DNA of 45,749 bases from Acholeplasmataceae bacterium (GTDB lineage Bacteria; Bacillota_I; Bacilli_A; Acholeplasmatales; Acholeplasmataceae): assembly GCA_023264085.1 (NCBI GenBank), contig JALQTF010000058.1:1-45749 (forward strand). Reading direction: 5' to 3'. The position numbers and the translations under genes are program-made. Position 1 is the stretch's first letter, and every line of letters begins with the position of its first letter. Below the pieces are notes generated by a model. That model searched no databases. It saw only the letters and a list, made by a program, of their open reading frames with translations, and was not told the origin of the DNA. Of this stretch, positions 39,310 through 45,749 are shown in pieces.

Positions 39310-40051
39310 AAAGACCTCCAAATGGCCATAACCTAAAGATGACTTTCCCCATGACATCTACTGGATCTACATGTCCAAATTCAATACTATCTAATGACGA
39401 TGTACTGTTATCACCTAAAACAAAATATTTTTGTAAAATACCATCTTCTAATTGAGAGCGAATCCATAATTGTTGTTGCTCAGTCACAAGATACCCGTGA
39501 CCTGTAACTGATACAACTTTTTCACCGTTAATGTATAAATAGGATTGACCATTTTCTAATTCAAAATGGATGCGATCACCAGGTAAACCAACAAGTCTTT
39601 TAACAAAAAAGACAGTCTCTGTATCATTAAATGTCGAGATAGGAATCATTGGATAATCTTCATGATTCACTTCAATCACGATGATGTCGCCTCTTTTAGG
39701 TTCATAATTGAAATGAAAAATAAGGATGCGATCGCCATCATTGAGCGTTGGCATCATCGACTGTTGATTCACATTCGAAGGGATAACAACAAAGCTAAAT
39801 ATCACTAAAATGAAACTTAAAGAAACACTAATAAATAAGACCCATTCGTTGATTTGTCTTACTATGTTAGATGTTGCTGACTTTAAATAAAAAGAAACAC
39901 CTAAAATGATTAAGAAAACAAAAAACAACGTCAATGAAAAATATTGCGTTGCATTTGTAAATTGTGTCACATCACTCATTCTAAAAAATATGTAAGACGT
40001 CAAGATAAAGATAAAAAATCCATATTGATAATACTCTTTGATGATTTTCAT
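39302..40051 (-). CDS. lepB: Signal peptidase I (S26 family)
   Basis: 249 aa. Catalytic Ser box SMMPTL, VKRLVGLPGD, and GDNSTSSLDS box. Three N-terminal hydrophobic segments. TAATG overlap with the ftsK-like stop. Confidence 0.88.
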   Translation of the reverse strand: MKIIKEYYQYGFFIFILTSYIFFRMSDVTQFTNATQYFSLTLFFVFLIILGVSFYLKSATSNIVRQINEWVLFISVSLSFILVIFSFVVIPSNVNQQSMMPTLNDGDRILIFHFNYEPKRGDIIVIEVNHEDYPMIPISTFNDTETVFFVKRLVGLPGDRIHFELENGQSYLYINGEKVVSVTGHGYLVTEQQQLWIRSQLEDGILQKYFVLGDNSTSSLDSIEFGHVDPVDVMGKVIFRLWPFGGLYE

Positions 40052-42144
40052 TAAGACATGATATCCTTTAACACTTCATCTAAATCATAAAGGCTTACAG
40101 TGACTTCTTTTGCTTTCGTACCCTGTGCATCTTCTACAATACCGGTATCAATGAGTGATTTGACAATATCTTGTGCACGATTAAACCCGATACCAAATTG
40201 TTTTTGAATAGAATTCATCGAACAACTTTGTTGTTCTACAACAAATCTAGCGACATCTGGAAAAAGTTCATCTAATGATGAAACCTTTTCTATTTTACGT
40301 TTCAATTCTTCATGGCCAAATACATAATTTGTTTCTTGTTGTGCTTTGATCATGGATGTCACTTCATAAATTTCATCATCTGAAATATACGCACCTTGAA
40401 GTCTTACCGGTGCATCACTGATTTTAAGGAGCATATCGCCTCGTCCAAGTAATGCTTCAGCACCAGCACCATCTAATATCGTTGTAGAATCAACAAAAGA
40501 TGCCACTTTAAATGTAATACGTACAGGAATATTAGATTTAATTGTTCCTTTAATGACATCGGTTGTAGGGCGTTGTGTCGCAACAATTAAATGAATCCCT
40601 GCAGCACGTGCCTTTTGAGTAAGTCTTTGAATAGAATCTTCAACTTCTTTAGATGCCGCCATAATTAAATCTGCTAACTCATCAATGATAATGACAATAC
40701 GCGGCATTTTATCTCCATCCACAATGCCTTGATCGATGTTGTCATTATATGATTGAAGATTTCTGGCACGTGAAGACGCAAAAATCATAAATCTGCGTTC
40801 CATTTCTTCAACAGCCCAATTCAGTGCTTGAGAAGCCACTTTACTATCTGTAATCACAGGTGTAATTAAGTGTGGTAAATCGTTATATGGTGCAAGTTCA
40901 ACCATTTTTGGATCAATAAGAATGAGTTTCAAATCATCAGGTGAATTTTTAAGTAATAAACTCACTAAAATGGTATTCACACAAACGCTCTTACCTGAGT
41001 TTGTGGCACCTGCAATGAGTCCGTGTGGCATCGATTCGATGTTTGCATACACATGTGATCCATCAATATCCATTCCAAGTGCAACTTGTAAAGGTTTATC
41101 TGAATCTAAAAATTGTGGGTCATCCACAATATTTCCAAAACGTACCATATCTTTAACAACATTTGGTACTTCTACACCAACAAAAGGCTTACCTGGTATT
41201 GGCGCTTCGATACGTACTGCAGTAGCGGCGAGACTCATTGTAATATTATCCTGAATATTGAGAATTTTTTTGACGTTTACACCTGGTTCTAATGCAATTT
41301 CATGTCTTGTAACAGTAGGACCTTTTTTAGAATCAATGACTTGACCTTCAATATTAAAATCAAGGAGTGTCGTATTTAATTGATCGACTTGTGTCATGAG
41401 CCATTCAGGTTTTTCTGTTAAATCGTTATCACTTTTTTCAAAAAGAGAGACCTCAGGATAACGATAGTTTTGTATTGGTTTTGGCGTTGGTTTTGGTGTT
41501 TCTTTGTTTTGTGGCACATCGTTTTCAGTTGATTTTTTTTCTTCAGTTTCTACTTGAGAGAAAAAAGAAGATTCCATTGTCACATTTGTTTCTTCGTTTG
41601 ATTCTTCTGGTTCTAAATCAATGGTTGAGACTTCTAATACTTCCTCTACGTTTGGTTCAGATTCCACTATATCATCCATAGTGTTATCAATCGTAGTATT
41701 TTCTTCTTTTGGTTCTAAATTCATTGGTGTTTCTTCAACAAAGGTATTCTCATAACGGTGACGAGTAATTGGTGCAATGATAACTTGAGGTTTAGATTCT
41801 TTGCTTTCTTCTTTTACATCTTCTGGAATGTCTTCATGACCAAAATAAGCTTTTCTTGTTTCTGATGTTATAAAGTTATTAAATTCATAATATTTCGTAC
41901 CATATTTAGATACTGCTTCATTTTCACTAATCTTTTTTTGCGTGCGAAAAGCATCAAGTTCTTTTGTACGATCTCGATTGGATGAAGTATCAATTGGTAA
42001 GGCGATGACATCTTTAACTTTTCTACCAAACATCGGTGACACAAAATGCGATTTTTGGTAGATCAGTTTAGAACGTATCCCCTTATGTTTTGATAACTGA
42101 TAAATTTTAAAAGGTTCTTTAACTTGTTGATGATTATTTGTCAT
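40051..42144 (-). CDS. FtsK/SpoIIIE-family DNA translocase lacking N-terminal transmembrane segments (SftA-like)
   Basis: 697 aa. Motor domain with Walker A GATNSGKS, Walker B IVIIIDELADL and TQRP. C-terminal gamma wHTH (IQKQFGIGFNRAQDIV). The first ~230 aa are a basic N-terminus plus an acidic Glu/Thr/Pro-rich linker with no hydrophobic stretch. Confidence 0.9.
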   Translation of the reverse strand: MTNNHQQVKEPFKIYQLSKHKGIRSKLIYQKSHFVSPMFGRKVKDVIALPIDTSSNRDRTKELDAFRTQKKISENEAVSKYGTKYYEFNNFITSETRKAYFGHEDIPEDVKEESKESKPQVIIAPITRHRYENTFVEETPMNLEPKEENTTIDNTMDDIVESEPNVEEVLEVSTIDLEPEESNEETNVTMESSFFSQVETEEKKSTENDVPQNKETPKPTPKPIQNYRYPEVSLFEKSDNDLTEKPEWLMTQVDQLNTTLLDFNIEGQVIDSKKGPTVTRHEIALEPGVNVKKILNIQDNITMSLAATAVRIEAPIPGKPFVGVEVPNVVKDMVRFGNIVDDPQFLDSDKPLQVALGMDIDGSHVYANIESMPHGLIAGATNSGKSVCVNTILVSLLLKNSPDDLKLILIDPKMVELAPYNDLPHLITPVITDSKVASQALNWAVEEMERRFMIFASSRARNLQSYNDNIDQGIVDGDKMPRIVIIIDELADLIMAASKEVEDSIQRLTQKARAAGIHLIVATQRPTTDVIKGTIKSNIPVRITFKVASFVDSTTILDGAGAEALLGRGDMLLKISDAPVRLQGAYISDDEIYEVTSMIKAQQETNYVFGHEELKRKIEKVSSLDELFPDVARFVVEQQSCSMNSIQKQFGIGFNRAQDIVKSLIDTGIVEDAQGTKAKEVTVSLYDLDEVLKDIMS

Positions 42145-42910
42145 GATTTTCCTCTTCTAATGTTTGATGAATGTCATCATAAATGTCATCGACATGACTA
42201 TCAATTTGTTCGTCTTTTTGAAATACTTTTTTAGAATAAATTTTATAGGTTTCTTCTCCTACAATCGCGATGATTGCTGCACCAATTTTCACCAAAATAC
42301 GATCAATAATTTGTTCATTGGTGAATCGTCTAATCCAATACACAGGATTCATCACATTGATCGCAGACATCGATGCTTTTAGAACCTCATCGACACCAAG
42401 TTCTTTTGCTTTTCTTACAACTTTTGAATCTTTTACTTTTTTAGTCGTCGTAGTAATATCATAAAGAGAGGATAATGTGTATCTTCTAAATAATTTTAAT
42501 AACGGATGTTTGGTCATATGATCCACACGATCTGTTATATAGTGATTAAGTAGTAAGGTTTCATCTAAAGTAAGTTCTAAATATGGGGTTTTAGATTCAG
42601 GATAAAATTTGCGACTGATATCTAAGACGAGTTCTTGAGAGACTTGATATAAATGATTAGAAAATCCAATGTTATTTCTAAGTTTTTTGTCTTTAAACTG
42701 ATTTTGTGCGCCATCTATAAGTAAAAGAATCATTTGTTCATCGATGTCGTCTTCATCTGCTTTTTTAATTTTTGCTTCTTTTTTGATATTCAAAAAGATT
42801 GCATACATATAAATGGTAAGTAATACTAAAAACCCAGTAAAAATACCGAGCGAAAAACTAATTAAGCTAGAAATATTAAGTTCAATTGGACCTAAACTTA
42901 AAAAAATCAT
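42134..42910 (-). CDS. Single-pass membrane protein of unrecognised family
   Basis: 258 aa. One N-terminal hydrophobic helix (SLISFSLGIFTGFLVLLTIYMYAIFL), then a charged soluble domain with an acidic tail. The stop overlaps the ftsK-like start by 11 nt. I recognise no motif. Confidence 0.6.
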   Translation of the reverse strand: MIFLSLGPIELNISSLISFSLGIFTGFLVLLTIYMYAIFLNIKKEAKIKKADEDDIDEQMILLLIDGAQNQFKDKKLRNNIGFSNHLYQVSQELVLDISRKFYPESKTPYLELTLDETLLLNHYITDRVDHMTKHPLLKLFRRYTLSSLYDITTTTKKVKDSKVVRKAKELGVDEVLKASMSAINVMNPVYWIRRFTNEQIIDRILVKIGAAIIAIVGEETYKIYSKKVFQKDEQIDSHVDDIYDDIHQTLEEENHDK

Positions 42911-42927
42911 CTATTTCCCCTTATATT

Positions 42928-42936
42928 ATTATAGCA
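42928..42936 (-). promoter_or_regulatory. Extended -10 promoter element for the membrane-protein/ftsK-like/lepB/rbgA/rnhB operon
   Basis: Minus strand TGCTATAAT (TGnTATAAT), 17 nt upstream of ATG 42910, with AAGGGGA as the RBS. Confidence 0.45.
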
Positions 42937-43019
42937 TGAAGCACACAGAGTTGACAGTATGACTTTTCTTGCTATCTTTTTTACATAAATTATGAGATAA
43001 TAGTTAGACGGAGGGCACC

Positions 43020-43835
43020 ATGAAGCATTTAATAATTTGTGACTTAGATGGGTCATTACTGAATCATGATGGCGATGTCACTGCATATTCAAAAAAAGTA
43101 CTAAGACATTTAGAGTCACTTGGTCATAAAGTGATCATTGCGACAGGTAGACCCTACAGTGGCGCGATTCAAATATATCAAGACCTCGGTATTCCTAATG
43201 TCTTAATTACGGACAATGGTGGATCCATTCAGCATCCAAAAGATGCAAGTTTTGAAACAAAAAAAACCTATATTCCCAAAGCCATCACACATGAATTGTT
43301 TGAACATACACACCATTATTTAAACTCAGCATTTTATAGTGATGATAAAACCGTCTATGCTTATAAATATGATCCAAGGTTACGTATGTTCTTCTCAAGT
43401 TTAGACAAACGTACGGTTATAGATAAACCCTTTACAGAATTTGATGTCGAAGCAACAGGGATCATTTATCTCGTTCAAACTCCTTCTATTGATACATTTG
43501 AAACGTATTTCAAAGAAACTTTTAGTGATACGCTGTCATTTAGAATGTGGGGAAAAGATCAAAAACATGCTATTTATGAAATATACTTAAAACATATCTC
43601 TAAAGCTTCTGCAATTGAAATCATACGAGAATACTATCACATTGAGCATGAAAACACCATTGCATTTGGAGATGGTGTCAATGACATTGAGATGATTGAA
43701 TATGCGCATTTAGGTGTCGCGATGAAAAATGCCATGTCTGAAGTCATCGACGTGAGTAATGATATGACAAAAGATACAAATGATCATCATGGTATCGCAA
43801 ATTATTTAGTAAAACATTTTAATTTAAAACTATAA
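43020..43835 (+). CDS. Cof-type HAD-IIB phosphatase
   Basis: 271 aa. Motif I ICDLDGSLL, motif II IATGR, motif IV GDGVNDIEM. GGAGGG RBS upstream. Confidence 0.88.
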   Translation: MKHLIICDLDGSLLNHDGDVTAYSKKVLRHLESLGHKVIIATGRPYSGAIQIYQDLGIPNVLITDNGGSIQHPKDASFETKKTYIPKAITHELFEHTHHYLNSAFYSDDKTVYAYKYDPRLRMFFSSLDKRTVIDKPFTEFDVEATGIIYLVQTPSIDTFETYFKETFSDTLSFRMWGKDQKHAIYEIYLKHISKASAIEIIREYYHIEHENTIAFGDGVNDIEMIEYAHLGVAMKNAMSEVIDVSNDMTKDTNDHHGIANYLVKHFNLKL

Positions 43836-43862
43836 AAAAAGTACGTGACGTACTTTTTTTTA
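43834..43862 (+). terminator. Rho-independent terminator after the Cof phosphatase gene
   Basis: AAAAAAAGTACG-tga-CGTACTTTTTTTT immediately after the TAA stop. Confidence 0.75.
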
Positions 43863-43872
43863 AATTACTTAT

Positions 43873-43917
43873 TGTGTATTACACATTTATGTGTTATTAT
43901 AATTGTGTAATACACAA
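43873..43917 (+). promoter_or_regulatory. padR promoter region with two palindromic candidate operators
   Basis: TGTGTA-T-TACACA (43873-43885) and TTGTGTA-A-TACACAA (43903-43917) are both perfect palindromes. Their centres are 31 bp apart and they flank TATAAT at 43898-43903. Confidence 0.55.
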
Positions 43918-43930
43918 AAAAGGAGGTTTT

Positions 43931-44254
43931 ATGACCACACAATTAAAAAAAGGCATCATTGAGTTATGTGTACTAAAACTCATTTCTGATGCACCTTCAA
44001 GCGGAGTTGTGATCATTGAAAAGATGAACCGCATGTTAAAGGTGAGTGAAAATACTGTCTATCCAATTTTAAGACGATTATCAGAAAAAGGGCTATTTCA
44101 AACACACACTGAAAAAAGTGATGTTGGTGCACCAAAAAAAGTGTATACCATTACATTAGAAGGAAAAAAACAATTAGAACATGGGCTTCATGAATGGAAA
44201 GAGTTTATGACCGATGTCACCCATATTTTAGGAGGAAATTATGACAAAAAGTAA
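43931..44254 (+). CDS. PadR family transcriptional regulator
   Basis: Winged-helix pattern LKKGIIELCVLKLI...VYPILRRLSEKGL...KVYTITLEG. Start at ATG 43931 behind an AAGGAGG RBS. The ORF-track extension from 43874 runs through the promoter and operator DNA. Confidence 0.88.
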   Translation: MTTQLKKGIIELCVLKLISDAPSSGVVIIEKMNRMLKVSENTVYPILRRLSEKGLFQTHTEKSDVGAPKKVYTITLEGKKQLEHGLHEWKEFMTDVTHILGGNYDKK

Positions 44255-45236
44255 CTATTTAGAACGTCTCTATTCATTATTAGATCAATATAATATGAAT
44301 GAATCTCTTAAAGAAGATATCATTAAAGATTACGATACATTATGGCAGGAATATCAAGAACTCAATATGATCGATATTGACATCGTTGAAAAACTTGGTC
44401 AACCTGAAGTTATCATTGAATCACTCACTGAAGGATATACAAAAAAAGAAATCATTCACAAACGAAAAAAACAATCAAGTCAACAAAAATTCATTGCATT
44501 AACGCCTTTTATTGCTTTATTCATGTTTTTTGGACTAGGCTTTTTAGTTGAAGATGGATTTACATATGCATGGGTGTCATTTTTATTAATTCCGATGTCT
44601 GCAATTATTTTACAAGGTCCTAAAAACTTAATTGAAAAATTAACAGCGCTATCACCTTTTATTGCAATTATTGTATATATTCCTATTTTAGGCTTTTATT
44701 TTGGTTTATGGCATCCTGGATGGCTCGTATTTTTACTAACAGCAATTATCGGTGGACTTTCTCATCCAAAAATAATACATCGTATATTTATAAGTGGTGG
44801 CTTGTTACTCACTTCCATTGTTTATCTCATATTGGAAGTAGGATTGGATTTAGGAAATTTAAAGGTCACTGAGTCTATCCAATTACCTTATAGTGCATTT
44901 GTATTTTTACCAGTGGTGCTTATATTATTATGGGTTTGGTTTTCTCAAATTATTAAAAATGGCATTATCTATTTAATCTTACTTCTTGTGAGTACCTTTA
45001 TCTTCTTATTTTTATCGATACAATATGATTTATGGCTTATTTCATGGTTAGTATTCTTTAGTATTCCGATGTATGCCATAATCAGACATACTAAAAAAGA
45101 AGAAAAACTCATTGCATTAATGCCCCTCATCTCTACGATATTGTTTATGCTCATAGGTTATTTTTTTAATGGTTGGGCATTTGGTTGGCTGGTCTATTTA
45201 TTTATTCCAATGGTGGCCATTATCAAAGGCAAATAA
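44241..45236 (+). CDS. PadR-associated membrane protein with a DUF1700-like N-terminal helical domain and repeated TM-hairpin modules
   Basis: 331 aa. The N-terminal ~75 aa (MTKSNYLERLYSLLDQ...IVEKLGQPEVIIESL) resembles DUF1700 domains encoded next to PadR genes. About 8 hydrophobic helices follow. Overlaps padR by 14 nt. Confidence 0.7.
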   Translation: MTKSNYLERLYSLLDQYNMNESLKEDIIKDYDTLWQEYQELNMIDIDIVEKLGQPEVIIESLTEGYTKKEIIHKRKKQSSQQKFIALTPFIALFMFFGLGFLVEDGFTYAWVSFLLIPMSAIILQGPKNLIEKLTALSPFIAIIVYIPILGFYFGLWHPGWLVFLLTAIIGGLSHPKIIHRIFISGGLLLTSIVYLILEVGLDLGNLKVTESIQLPYSAFVFLPVVLILLWVWFSQIIKNGIIYLILLLVSTFIFLFLSIQYDLWLISWLVFFSIPMYAIIRHTKKEEKLIALMPLISTILFMLIGYFFNGWAFGWLVYLFIPMVAIIKGK

Positions 45237-45262
45237 AAAAAGCGCACATCGCGCTTTTTTAT
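45234..45262. terminator. Bidirectional terminator between the PadR-partner membrane gene and the convergent aminotransferase gene
   Basis: AAAAAAAGCGC-acatc-GCGCTTTTTT, a GC core stem flanked by A- and T-runs. Confidence 0.7.
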
Positions 45263-45749
45263 TTAAACATTTCTTTATTTAGGACATCATCTAATCTATT
45301 GATATCTTTTAATGTTAATGATGAGATTGCAAACCGAATGCCGTGTTCAACAGGTACTGTATAAATTTTATGTGTTTTTAAAATTTCATACGTGTTTAAT
45401 GGATGGTGCGTGACCACAGTCACAAAAAAGCCGTGATGATAAGGTAAGTAATGGATCTTTTTATCATTTAAAATATTGATAAATAGTGTTGCTCTCTTAT
45501 TTAGTAATGCTTTTGTTTTCTGTAATTCTTGTATATAGGCATCATAATGATCATCAAAGACTTTTTCTATGGCTTTAAAACCAAAGGATGATGGCAATGA
45601 ATAGGTTGATCTTGCAATCGATGTGGCCGATGTGAACATTTTTTCAAGCACAGATTGATGATGAGAGATACCAACTAACATACCAACTCTGGCACCATAT
45701 AAAGAGAATGCTTTAGATCCTGAATAGGTCAAAAACATCGTGGTATGAC
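45259..45749 (-). CDS. Class I/II PLP-dependent aminotransferase (AspC/TyrB-like), partial; N-terminus lies beyond the window end
   Basis: The frame stays open upstream of the track's Met to the window edge (...HTTMFLTY...). PLP-Lys motif YSGSKAFSLYGARVG matches the SxSKxFxLYxxRVG signature. Confidence 0.8.
   Translation of the reverse strand, partial: HTTMFLTYSGSKAFSLYGARVGMLVGISHHQSVLEKMFTSATSIARSTYSLPSSFGFKAIEKVFDDHYDAYIQELQKTKALLNKRATLFINILNDKKIHYLPYHHGFFVTVVTHHPLNTYEILKTHKIYTVPVEHGIRFAISSLTLKDINRLDDVLNKEMFK

Noticed and set aside
40922-41681. 110-aa and 68-aa ORFs antisense to the ftsK-like gene
   Set aside because: They lie opposite the conserved motor domain and the acidic linker. 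They show no start context or motifs and are shadow frames.
42134-42144. Idea that the 258-aa ORF and the ftsK-like ORF are a frameshifted or split ftsK pseudogene
   Set aside because: The upstream protein has one TM helix and a long soluble domain, unlike the ~4-TM FtsK N-domain. The downstream ORF has its own ATG with a GAGGA RBS at proper spacing. The 11-nt overlap looks like ordinary translational coupling.
25085-43930. N-terminal extensions of ORF-track calls: ABC ATPase to 25111, coaE to 29741, ylxM to 34866, rnhB to 38495, rbgA to 39357, padR from 43874
   Set aside because: In each case a downstream ATG has a clear Shine-Dalgarno and/or aligns with the conserved family N-terminus. The extension runs into the neighbouring gene, promoter or operator DNA.

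Overview
This is an AT-rich (about 30% G+C by eye) bacterial chromosomal window that is almost entirely coding. I call 45 CDS, two of them cut by the window edges, and many junctions are short or overlapping.

Gene content and local synteny point to a low-GC Firmicute/Mollicute-type genome. The conserved blocks are yqeG-yqeK, alaS-ruvX-yrzB-yrrM...greA, rnr-smpB, polA-mutM-coaE-dnaB-dnaI-thrS, ftsY-ylxM-ffh-like, and lepB-rbgA-rnhB. TGA is a stop codon (gcvPB, ohr, ffh, rbgA) and Trp is TGG, so the standard bacterial code applies and this is not a UGA=Trp mycoplasma. An Acholeplasma- or Erysipelotrichia-like organism is my guess only.

Functions are overwhelmingly housekeeping:
- Translation and RNA: alaS, thrS, smpB, rnr, greA, rbgA.
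- Replication and repair: polA, mutM, dnaB/dnaI, topA, rnhB, ftsK-like.
- Secretion: ffh, ftsY, lepB.
- Glycolysis: eno, gpmI.
- A complete gcvT-H-PA-PB glycine-cleavage operon.
- A few accessory-looking genes: amidase, alpha/beta hydrolase, GNAT, Ohr, MFS, EIIA+EI, ABC-2 exporter, Cof phosphatase, and a PadR + membrane partner.

I could not support any rRNA, tRNA, tmRNA, riboswitch, T-box, CRISPR array, transposase/integrase or prophage remnant. I do not see a convincing novel multi-gene system. The leads worth a second look are:
- A transmembrane-less FtsK/SpoIIIE-family motor translationally coupled to an unrecognised single-pass membrane protein.
- A PadR module with twin perfect palindromic operators and a partner membrane protein built from repeated two-helix units.
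- An MFS-EIIA-EI cluster lacking HPr and EIIBC.
- Long palindromes that hold the stop codons of convergent gene pairs.

All functional calls come from motif recognition and synteny by eye. No database search was run.
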